From an uncultured Actinomycetes bacterium (GTDB taxonomy: Bacteria; Actinomycetota; UBA4738; JACQTL01): a stretch of 64,000 bases of DNA. This document shows, in pieces, positions 9,463-18,397 of the stretch (its first letter is position 1; the number at the start of each line of letters is the position of its first letter). The notes below the pieces were generated by a model that did no database searches, was not told where the DNA came from, and saw only the letters and a list, made by a program, of their open reading frames with translations. The stretch lies in NCBI GenBank assembly GCA_963707645.1, contig CAVPQW010000006.1:90819-154818 (forward strand), given 5' to 3'. The position numbers and the translations under genes are program-made.

Positions 9463-12400
9463 ATGCACGGGATCGGCCGGCTCCTTCGGGTCAACCCGGG
9501 CGAGGGACGGGTCGTGGCACGCGTGCTCGCGATGATGGTCCTCGTCTGGGGCGGGTTCGCCGTCGGGGGGAACGCGGTCGAGGGGCTCCTGTTCGCCCGG
9601 TACGGACCGAGCGCGCTGCCGTACCTATTCGTCGCGCTGGGCGTAGTGACCACCGCCGTGATGCTCGGGATGAACGCCCTGCTGGCCCGGCCCCGCCCGC
9701 ACCGGCTGCTGCTGCTGTTCCTGCCGGGGATGGCCGTCGTCATCGTGGGGCTCCGGGCCGTGCTCCTCGTGGGCGCCCGGTGGGTCTATCCGGCGTCCTG
9801 GCTGGTCATGATGATCCTCTGGACCCTGGTGGGCGTCGTGACCTGGGGCATCGCCGGCGCCGTCCACGACACCCGCCAGGCCAAGCGCCTGTTCCCGCTG
9901 TACGGGGCGGGGATCATCGTCGGCGCCGTCGCGGGCGGCCTGCTGACGGGCCCGCTGGCCAAGGCGCTCGGCGCGGAGAACCTCGTGCTGCTGTGGGCGG
10001 CCGCGGCGGGGGCGGGCTTCCTCCCCGCCCGCTCCGCGCTGCGCCTGGGCGGGGCGGGCGGGCTCGCGAAAACGCGGACCAGAGCCGGGTCACGGGGGCC
10101 GTCCGCGTGGCGGCGGATCGCCGAGGGCGCGCGACAGGTGCGTTCCACCGGCCTCCTGCGATGGATGTTCGCCTCGCTCGCGATGTTCGCGATCCTCTAC
10201 TTCACGCTGTCGCTGCTCTTCGCCCGCGCGGCGACCGCCAGGTACCCGAGCGCCGACCGCCTGGCCGCGTTCTTCGGCCTGTTCACTGCCCTGGCGAGCG
10301 GCGCCGCCCTCCTCGTCTCCCTGTTCCTGTCGAACCGCCTCGCCGCCCGGTTCGGGCTCGCCACGATGGTGCTCGTGCTGCCGGTGGTCTACGCGGCCGG
10401 GTTCTCTGCGCTCGTCGTCTCAACGGCCTTCACGGCGGTGCTGCTGTTCCGGTTCGTGCAGATGGTCTGGGTGAACGGGGTGTGGGCCGGCGCCTGGCAG
10501 GCGCAGTACAACGTGATCCCGCCGGAGCGCCGCGACGGGACCCGCGCCTTCATCGACGGGATCGGCTCCCAGGTGGGCGTGGCGATGGCCGGCGTCATGC
10601 TGATCCTTGCCCAGTCGGCGCTGCCAACCCGGGCGCTCCCGCCGATCGGGCTCGTCGTGGCGGTCCTCGCGATCGGGGCGGCGTGGCGGGCCAGGCGGAT
10701 GTACGCGCGGGCGGTCGTCGACGCCCTGCGGGCGGGGAACCCCGAGGTCTTCCTGCCCGGCGGGGCGCCGTTCGGAGGTGACCGTCCGGACGCCGTCGCC
10801 GCAGCCGCCGTGACGGCCGGCCTGTCCGACGCCGATCCCGCTGTCCGGCGGGTCGCCATGGAGGTGGTCGCGGCGACGCCCGATGCGTCTGCGCTGCCCC
10901 ACCTGCTGCTCGGCCTCGACGACGGCGACCCGTCGGTCCGGGCGGCGGCGCTCCGGGGGATGGGCCGCCTCGATGACGGCGACGGTGCGGCGCCCCGCGT
11001 GGGGGAGCTAACCGCCGACCCCGACCCCGAGGTCCGGCGCGCGGCCGTTGGCGCCCTGGCGGCCCACGGCGTTCCCCCGGCGCAGGTCGACGCGGTCCGG
11101 GCGGCACTGGAGGACACCGACCAAACCGTCCGGGCCGCCGCCGCCGCCGCGTTGCTCGCGACCTCTGCGGAGACGGACGCGCGAGACGCGCTCCGGGAGA
11201 TGACGGCCTCGCCGGACCCGGACGCGCGCGCTGCGGCGTTCGCCGTGCTCGCGGCAGGGGGCGAGGCCGAGTCGGTGGCCGCCGCACTCGGCGACCGCGA
11301 CGCTGCTGTTCGCCGCGCGGCCGTCCATGCCCTGCCCGAGGAGGTCGACGGCCCGGTCGCCGCGGCGATGACCGCCGCACTCGCCGACGAGGACCGGGAC
11401 GTGCGGGCCGAGGCGACGCGCCGCCTGGTCCGGGTTGGGGAGGGCGTCCGGTCGGTGGTGCTGGAGGCCCGTTCGGACCCCGGGATGGAGCCCGGCGCCA
11501 TGGCGGTCCTGGCCCGCCTCGACGGTGCGCCGGCGCCGGAGATCCGGGACTACGCGGCGCGCGAGGTGGCGGAGGCGGCCCGGTACGGCGACCTGCTCGC
11601 GAGGCTCGACGGCGGCGGGGACGTGCGCGCGGCCGCGCTGGCGCACGCGGCCCGGCACCGGTCGCTCGCCCACGGGCTGAACGCCCTCACGGCCGTCGGC
11701 GGGCTCTGGGACGAGGACGCCGTGACGGCCGCCATGGAGAACATCGATAGCCGGGACGCCGGCCAGCGTGCGAACGCGTTGGAGACGCTCGAGTCGGTCG
11801 GGGAACCGGCGATCGTCCGGCCCTTGGTCCGCGCCTGGGAGGGGGGGCCGGCCGGCGCGTCGGACCCCGGGTCGGCGATCGCCGAGGGGCTCCGTGATGG
11901 GGATCCGTGGGTCCGGGCCTGTGCCGCGTTCGCGGCAGGCGACCGCTCGTCGCTCCGGCTCGTCCTCGAGGCCCTGGCCCGCGACGATCCCGATACCCTG
12001 GTCCGCGACACGGCCTCGGCCGCCCTTGAAGGAGACGGATCGGTGGAGACGCTCCCCAATCTCTCGCTCGTCGAACGGGTGACCTACCTGGTCCGCGCGC
12101 CGCTGTTCGCGAAGCTGTCCCCGTCCGACATCCAGCGCGTCGCGGAGATCGCCGCGGAGCGGGCGCATGCCGACGGCGACGTGATCGCCGAGCAGGGGGA
12201 GCCCGGCGACGAGATGTTCGTGGTGGTCTCCGGGGAGATCGCCGTGGTCCTCGGCGGCGACGGCGAGTCGCCGGTCGAGGTCGCGAGACGCGGCGCCGGA
12301 GAGGCCATCGGTGAGATGGCGGTGATCAGCCACGCCCCCCGGATGGCAAGCATCGTCGCCACGGGAGCCGTTCGCCTGCTCGCGATCGACCGGCGGCGGT

Positions 12401-12510
12401 TCGAGCGGATCCTTCGCGACCGGCCGGACGTCGCCCTGGCGGTCATGGACGTGCTGTGCAGCCGCCTCCGCGAGTCCTCCGGCGCCATGCCGCACGAGGC
12501 CGGCGTCTGA
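9463..12510 (+). CDS. fusion protein: TLC/MFS-like polytopic transporter + HEAT repeats + cyclic-nucleotide-binding domain
   Basis: Starts at ATG 9463 (MHGIGRLLRVNPGEG), 15 nt after the stop of 7454..9448. About 12 predicted TM helices, with a TLC-like motif DTRQAKRLFPLYGAGIIVGAVAGG. Then many PBS-lyase-type HEAT repeats (D.DP.VRR.A). The C-terminal cNMP-binding fold reads PLFAKLSPSDIQRVA...GEPGDEMFVVVSGEI...GEAIGEMAVISHAPRMASIVA. The ORF-track 5' extension (9010..9462) overlaps the previous gene and is Arg/Gly junk. Confidence 0.85.
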   Translation: MHGIGRLLRVNPGEGRVVARVLAMMVLVWGGFAVGGNAVEGLLFARYGPSALPYLFVALGVVTTAVMLGMNALLARPRPHRLLLLFLPGMAVVIVGLRAVLLVGARWVYPASWLVMMILWTLVGVVTWGIAGAVHDTRQAKRLFPLYGAGIIVGAVAGGLLTGPLAKALGAENLVLLWAAAAGAGFLPARSALRLGGAGGLAKTRTRAGSRGPSAWRRIAEGARQVRSTGLLRWMFASLAMFAILYFTLSLLFARAATARYPSADRLAAFFGLFTALASGAALLVSLFLSNRLAARFGLATMVLVLPVVYAAGFSALVVSTAFTAVLLFRFVQMVWVNGVWAGAWQAQYNVIPPERRDGTRAFIDGIGSQVGVAMAGVMLILAQSALPTRALPPIGLVVAVLAIGAAWRARRMYARAVVDALRAGNPEVFLPGGAPFGGDRPDAVAAAAVTAGLSDADPAVRRVAMEVVAATPDASALPHLLLGLDDGDPSVRAAALRGMGRLDDGDGAAPRVGELTADPDPEVRRAAVGALAAHGVPPAQVDAVRAALEDTDQTVRAAAAAALLATSAETDARDALREMTASPDPDARAAAFAVLAAGGEAESVAAALGDRDAAVRRAAVHALPEEVDGPVAAAMTAALADEDRDVRAEATRRLVRVGEGVRSVVLEARSDPGMEPGAMAVLARLDGAPAPEIRDYAAREVAEAARYGDLLARLDGGGDVRAAALAHAARHRSLAHGLNALTAVGGLWDEDAVTAAMENIDSRDAGQRANALETLESVGEPAIVRPLVRAWEGGPAGASDPGSAIAEGLRDGDPWVRACAAFAAGDRSSLRLVLEALARDDPDTLVRDTASAALEGDGSVETLPNLSLVERVTYLVRAPLFAKLSPSDIQRVAEIAAERAHADGDVIAEQGEPGDEMFVVVSGEIAVVLGGDGESPVEVARRGAGEAIGEMAVISHAPRMASIVATGAVRLLAIDRRRFERILRDRPDVALAVMDVLCSRLRESSGAMPHEAGV

Positions 12511-12638
12511 CCGTGCGCCGGGCTCGACCCGGGCTGCGACGCGCGGTCGTGCGGGTCAGGTGACGCGAAACGGTTCGAGCGGCACGTGCCCCCGGAGGTC
12601 ACGAAGGTGATCTCAGCGGGTGACGGCCGAATCGACCG

Positions 12639-15259
12639 TCACGGGACCTCCCTCGCGTATGCGATCGCCCGTTCGAGCGGCATGGCGCGGCCCTCGTCCC
12701 ACGCCGCGGTCGTGGCGGCGTCGCCGAGCTCAGCCCGGGCCGCGATCCGGGCGTCGGGGAGGTCGATCAGCGGCGGCGGGGCGTGCCCGCCCGCCGCCTC
12801 CTTGATCGCCTGGGAGGCGCCGGCGAGGCGCACCGCCCTCAGGTGGTCGCCGCCGAGGCTCGCCTGGGCTGCAAGGTTGTCCAGAACGATCCCGATCCCG
12901 GTGCGGTTGCCGATGTCCTCCTCGCGCTCGAGGGCCTCGAAGAAGCTGGCCGCCGCGACATCCAGGTCACCCATGGCGTGCGCGGCTCGGCCCACCGAGA
13001 ACAGCGCATCGGTGACACCGAACATGTCGCCCGACTCGCGGTGCAGGGCGAGGCTCTCCCGGGTCAGCGCGAGTGACGTCGCGAGGTCGCCCTGGAGGCG
13101 CGCCCCGACCCCCAGGAACCACAGGACGTCCGCGATTCCCCCCGGTCGCCCAACTCCTCGAAGATGGCCCGGCTCTCGGCGAGCATCGACACCGCCGTCG
13201 CGATGTCGCCCGCGTAGGCCCTGGCGTACGCGAGGTTGTAGATGCCGTGGGCCTTGGCGTGGCGATCGCCGAGCTCGTCGGCGATGGCCAGCGCCTCCTC
13301 GTAGGCCGCGGTGAAGGCCGGGATGTCCTCCTGCCAGTACGCGAGCCCCCCGAGCGCCGTCAACGCCCGGGCTCGCACGGGAGTCCGGCCGGAGGCCGTC
13401 GGCAGGGCGATCGCCTCCTCGGCCCAGCGGCGGCCCTCGGCCAGGTGTCCGTGGAAGTGCCAGAACCGCCACAACGCGGCCACGAGCCGAAGGGCGACGT
13501 CGGCGTCGGAGGTGTCGATCGCGAAACGAAGCGCGGCCCGGAGGTTGTCGTGCTCCTCCTCCAGCTCGTCCAGCCACCGTCGCTGACCGACCTTCCGGAG
13601 GTGGGGCTCGGCGGCCTCGGCGAGGGCCGCGCACCACGCGGCCTGTCGCGACAGGAACGTCGCGCGCTCGCCGGCGGCATCGAGCTGCTCGAGGGCGAAC
13701 TCGCGGATCGTCGCGAGCATCGAGAACCGGACCGCCCCGTCGGCTGCCGGCAGCCGGGACACCAGGCTCTTGTCGACCAGCGACCCCAGGAGGTCGATGA
13801 TCCCCGCGCCCCGGCCGATCCCGTCGGCCGTTACCTCCTCGATGCCCTCGAGCGTGCAGCCGCCGGAGAACACCCCCAGCCGCCGGAACAGCACCCGTTC
13901 GGTGTCGTCGAGGAGGTCGTGGCTCCACCCGATCGCCTCGCGGAGGGTGCGCTGCCGGGCGGGGAGGTCGACGGGCCCGCCGGTCAGCAGGTCGAGGCGG
14001 TGCTCCAATCGCGCGAGGACCGCCGCTGGCGACAGGAGCTTCGTGCGCGACGCCGCGAGCTCGATCGCGAGCGGAAGCCCGTCGAGCCGACGACACAGCT
14101 CGGCCACCGCGGCAGCGTTCCCTTCGGTCAGGCGGAATCCCGCGTCGACGGCGGCCGCCCGTTGGACGAACAGCATCACGGAGTCGGACCGGGCGAGGTC
14201 GTCCACCGATGGGTGGTCACCCTCGGGCGGGAGGCCGAGCGGCGGGACGGGTAGCTCCTGCTCCCCGACGACGTGCAGCGGCGCGCGGCTGGTCACGAGG
14301 ATCCGGAGCCGAGGCCCGGCATCCAGGAGGTCCGCCACGACGGTCGCCGCGTCGAGCACCTGCTCGAAGTTGTCGAGCACGAGCAGGACCTCGAGGTCGC
14401 GGACGTGGTCCCGCAGCGTATCGAGCACCGAGCGTCGCCCTTCCGCGCGCGCGCCGACCGCATCCGCGATGGCCGACGCGACGAGCCTGGGGTCGTCGAT
14501 CGCGTCGAGCCCGACGAAGAACACGCCGTCGGCGTATTCGGGCAGCACCTGTCGTGCGACGTGGAGGGCCAGCCGGGTCTTGCCGGTGCCGCCCGGACCG
14601 GTGACCGTGAGGAGCCCGGGGCCCCGGAGGAGCTCCCGCGTCCGAGCGGTCTCCTGTTCTCGGCCGACGAAGGTCGATCGCGGCGCCGGCAGGTTCGTCG
14701 GCGTCTCCAGCGAGCGGATCGGCGGGAACTCGGGTGGCAGGCCCTCCGCGACCACCTGGAAGAGCCGCTCCGGCCGGGCCAGGTCCTTCAGCCGGTGCGT
14801 GCCGAGGTCCCGAAACGAGACCCCTTCGGGCAGGCCGGGCACCAGCTCGGCCGTGGCGGACGACACGAGGACCTGACCGCCGTGCGCCGCCGATGAGATG
14901 CGGGCCGCGCGATGGACGTCGAGGCCGACGTAGTCGTCGCCGCCGAGTGTGCCCTCTCCCGTATGCAGCCCCATTCGGACGCGAACCTCCCCGTCGGAGG
15001 GCCACGGGTGCGCGGCCAGCCCGCGCTGGGCTGCGACGACCGCGGACACCGCGGCGGGGGCGCTCGCGAACACCGCGAACAGGGAGTCCCCTTCGGTTCG
15101 GACGTCGACGCCGCCGGCCTCCCGCACCGCGGAGCGCAGCAACCGATGGTGGTCCTCGATGACGCCGCGCCACCGATCGGCGAGGGCCTGGAGCAGCCGC
15201 GTCGAGCCCTCGATATCGGTGAACAGGAACGTGACCGTCCCGGTCGGCAGGTCCGCCAT
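12639..15259 (-). pseudogene. class III cyclase - STAND NTPase - TPR paralog, interrupted by one frameshift (true pseudogene or sequence error)
   Basis: Begins at ATG 15259 with MADLPTGTVTFLFTDIEGST..., GLDVHRAARI and P-loop VTGPGGTGKTRLA (frame of ORF 13064..15787). The TPR tail continues in the frame of ORF 12639..14096 (...IADVLWFLGVGARLQGDLATS...). The frames meet at a C6 run 13138..13143. One extra base restores ...ELGDRGGIADVLWFLG.... Domain order and many motifs match 4701..7367. Confidence 0.85.
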
Positions 15260-15348
15260 GGCGCCGGGAGCGTACGCCCCAGGGCGAGCCCCCGCGGATC
15301 CTCCGGTCCCGAACGGAGCGCGTTTTCGCTTGTGGGAAGCTTGGGCCG

Positions 15349-15723
15349 ATGAACGTGATCGGGCTCGGCGTGGACGTCGTGGACGTCGCGCGGGTGGAGC
15401 AGATCCTGGAACGCCGCCCCGGGTGGGTGCGGAAGATCTTCTCGGAGGCCGAGATCGAGCACTGCGAGGCCTCCGGTCAGCGGGCGCGGTGCTACGCGGC
15501 CCGATGGGCGGCGCGTGAGGCCTGCGCGAAGGCGCTCGGCGGGGTGCCGGGCGGGCGGTGGCGGGAGATCCGGGTCGTGCGCGGCGCGGACGGGCAGGTG
15601 GCCATCGAGCTCGACGGCGCCGCCCGGGCCCGCGCGGAGGCGGCCGGCGTCGCGAAGGTGATGGTGTCGTTCTCCCACGAGCGCGGCATCGCCGTGGCGA
15701 CCTGCCTGGCGGTTGGCCCGTGA
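15349..15723 (+). CDS. acpS: holo-[acyl-carrier-protein] synthase
   Basis: MNVIGLGVDVVDVARVE...ARWAAREACAKAL, about 124 aa, typical AcpS. Confidence 0.93.
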   Translation: MNVIGLGVDVVDVARVEQILERRPGWVRKIFSEAEIEHCEASGQRARCYAARWAAREACAKALGGVPGGRWREIRVVRGADGQVAIELDGAARARAEAAGVAKVMVSFSHERGIAVATCLAVGP

Positions 15724-17249
15724 GGCCGATCCTCACCCCCGAGGAGAGCGCAGACCTCGACCGGGCGAGCGCCGAGCGCGGCGTCACCGTGGACTCCCTG
15801 ATGGAACGCGCCGGCCGGGCGGTGGCGCGCGCCGCCGTGGCGCTCGCCGGCGGTGCCTACGGGCGCCGGGTCGTCGCCGTCTGCGGCAAGGGGAACAACG
15901 GCGGCGACGCCCTGGTGGCGGCCCGGTACCTCCGGCGGTGGGGGATGGGCGCGACCGCCGTGCTGCTGGCCGAGCCCGACGCGTACCGGGACGCGGCGGG
16001 CGTGAACCTCGAGCGGGCGCGCCGGGCGGGGGTCGCCGTGGCGACCGCCGCCGACCTCCGGAGGGAGCTGGCCCGGGCCGAGGTGGTCCTCGACGGCGTG
16101 GTCGGGACCGGGTTCCGCGGGACTCCGGAGGGGGCCGTCGGCGAGGCGATCGGGGCGATCGGCGGGGACGGCGCAGCCGTCGTCGCCGTCGACATCGCAT
16201 CCGGCGTCGACGGCGCCACCGGCGCCGTCGACGGCCCCGCCGTGGCGGCCGACGCCACCGTCACGTTCGGCTCGCTGAAGCCGGGGCACGTCCTGTTCCC
16301 GGGCGCGGCGTACGCCGGGGTGGTCGAGGTGGCCGACATCGGGTTCCCCCCCGATCTCGTCGCGAGCGACCTGTGGCAGGTCGAGGCGGAGGACGTCGCA
16401 GCGGTGCTCCCGGCCCGCGCGCCCGACGCCCACAAGCGCTCGACGGGGATCGTGCTCGTGGTCGGCGGCTCGCGTGCCATGACCGGGGCGGTCCGCCTGA
16501 TGGCCGGCGCCGCGTACCGGACCGGCGCCGGGCTGGTGCAGGTCGGGGTGCCGGAGGGGATCCTCCCGGTGGTGCAGACGGGCCTCGTGGAGGCGACGTT
16601 CACGGCCCTGCCCGAGACGGGCGAGGGAACCATCGCGGAGTCCGCGGTCGACGCCCTGAAGGAGCGCCTGGCGGACGCCGATGCCCTGGCCGTCGGCCCC
16701 GGCCTCGGCCGGAACGAGGACACGCTGGCATTCGTCCGGGCGCTGGTCCAGGCGAGCCCGGTGCCGTGCGTCATCGACGCGGACGGGCTGACGGCGTTCG
16801 CGGGCCGCCTCGACGAGCTGGCCGAGATGGATTCGGCGGACCTCGTCCTCACGCCGCATGCGGGGGAGTTCGCCCGGCTGTCCGGGGGCGAGGTGGCCGA
16901 GGTGAACGCCGACCGGGTGGGAAGCGTCCGCTCGCTGGCCTCGCAGGCCGGCGCGGTGGTCCTGTTCAAGGGGAACCCGACCGTGGTCGGGCTCCCCGGC
17001 GGAGAGGTCGGGGTGAACTCGACCGGGGGGCCGGCGCTCGCCACGGGCGGCACCGGGGATGTGTTGACGGGGGTGATCGCCGCGCTCCTTGCCCGCGGCC
17101 TCCAGCCCGCCGACGCCGCCATGGCCGGCGCGTTCGTCCACGGGCTGGCGGGCGACCTGGCCGGCGCCCGGCTCGGCGACGGCGCGACGGCGCTCGACGT
17201 CCAGGCCCACGTGCCGGCGGCGATCCGGTCGATTCTGGGGGGGTCGTGA
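15720..17249 (+). CDS. nnr: bifunctional NAD(P)H-hydrate repair enzyme (epimerase/dehydratase)
   Basis: YjeF-N motif CGKGNNGGDALVAARYL and the carbohydrate-kinase-like C domain GGTGDVLTGVIAALLA. The GTG start at 15720 overlaps the acpS stop (GTGA). Confidence 0.9.
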   Translation: MRPILTPEESADLDRASAERGVTVDSLMERAGRAVARAAVALAGGAYGRRVVAVCGKGNNGGDALVAARYLRRWGMGATAVLLAEPDAYRDAAGVNLERARRAGVAVATAADLRRELARAEVVLDGVVGTGFRGTPEGAVGEAIGAIGGDGAAVVAVDIASGVDGATGAVDGPAVAADATVTFGSLKPGHVLFPGAAYAGVVEVADIGFPPDLVASDLWQVEAEDVAAVLPARAPDAHKRSTGIVLVVGGSRAMTGAVRLMAGAAYRTGAGLVQVGVPEGILPVVQTGLVEATFTALPETGEGTIAESAVDALKERLADADALAVGPGLGRNEDTLAFVRALVQASPVPCVIDADGLTAFAGRLDELAEMDSADLVLTPHAGEFARLSGGEVAEVNADRVGSVRSLASQAGAVVLFKGNPTVVGLPGGEVGVNSTGGPALATGGTGDVLTGVIAALLARGLQPADAAMAGAFVHGLAGDLAGARLGDGATALDVQAHVPAAIRSILGGS

Positions 17250-18397
17250 GCCGCGCGACCACCGCGCGCGACACGGAGCGCGGGTCGTTCCGGCCGACCG
17301 TCGCGGAGATCGACCTCGACGCGGTCCGCCACAACGCGCGGGCCATGCACCCCGAGGGAACCGAGCTGATGGCCGTGGTGAAGGCCGACGGGTACGGCCA
17401 CGGCGCCGTGCCGTCCGCGCGCGCGGCGATCGAGTCCGGCGCGACCTGGCTCGGCGTGGCCCTGCTGGAGGAGGCGCTCGAGCTCCGCGCGCGGGGGTTC
17501 ACCGAGCAGCCGATCCTGGTCCTGTCGGAGGTCCCCCGCGGGTCCGAGTCGGTCGCCCTCGAGGCGGGGGTGACGCTCGCGCTGTACACGGACGCCGGGC
17601 TGGAGCACACGGCGGCCGCCGCGGAGGCGACCGGGCTGACCCCGCGCGTGCACGTCAAGGTGGACACCGGCATGCACCGGGTCGGCCGATTCCCCCCGGA
17701 ACGCGTTCCGGCGTTCGTGGCGACCGCTGTCGGCCTCGGCTTCGACGTCGACGGCCTGTGGACGCACTTCGCCAGGTCGGAGGACGACCCGGAGTTCACC
17801 ACGAGCCAGCTGAAGCGGTTCCTCGGCGTGGCCCGCGAGCTGGAGCGGGGCGGCACCCGGCCCCGGTACCTCCACGCGGCCAACAGCGGCGCCGTGATCC
17901 GCGACCCCGCCACCCACCTCGACCTGGTCCGGGTCGGCGTGGCCCTGTACGGCCTGTCTCCCGGAGCGGACCTCGCGCAACGGGCGGGCCTCCGGCCGGC
18001 CATGCGGTGGCGTTCGGCCGTGTCGCTCGCGCGGCGGCTGCCGGCCGGTGAGGCCGTCTCGTACGGCCTCACCTGGACGCTGGAGCGCGACTCCAACGTG
18101 GCGACGGTCCCCGTCGGCTACGCCGACGGGTACCCTCGCGGCCTCTCCTCCCGGGCCGACGTCCTCATCGGAGGACGTCGGCACCGGGTGGCCGGTGTGA
18201 TCTCCATGGATCAGCTCCTCGTCGACTGCGGCGACGACCCCGTCGCCGAAGGCGACGAGGTCGTCCTCCTCGGCCGCCAGGGCGACGAGGAGGTCACGGC
18301 CGGCGAGCTGGCCGCCCTGCTCGGCACCATCGACTACGAGATCGCCTGCGGAGTGGGCGCACGCGTCCCCCGCGTCTACGGTGGTGTCCATGCCTGA
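17246..18397 (+). CDS. alr: alanine racemase
   Basis: PLP-lysine motif AVVKADGYGHG, and the C-terminal ...YEIACGVGARVPRVY. The GTG start at 17246 overlaps the nnr stop (GTGA). Confidence 0.93.
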   Translation: MSRATTARDTERGSFRPTVAEIDLDAVRHNARAMHPEGTELMAVVKADGYGHGAVPSARAAIESGATWLGVALLEEALELRARGFTEQPILVLSEVPRGSESVALEAGVTLALYTDAGLEHTAAAAEATGLTPRVHVKVDTGMHRVGRFPPERVPAFVATAVGLGFDVDGLWTHFARSEDDPEFTTSQLKRFLGVARELERGGTRPRYLHAANSGAVIRDPATHLDLVRVGVALYGLSPGADLAQRAGLRPAMRWRSAVSLARRLPAGEAVSYGLTWTLERDSNVATVPVGYADGYPRGLSSRADVLIGGRRHRVAGVISMDQLLVDCGDDPVAEGDEVVLLGRQGDEEVTAGELAALLGTIDYEIACGVGARVPRVYGGVHA

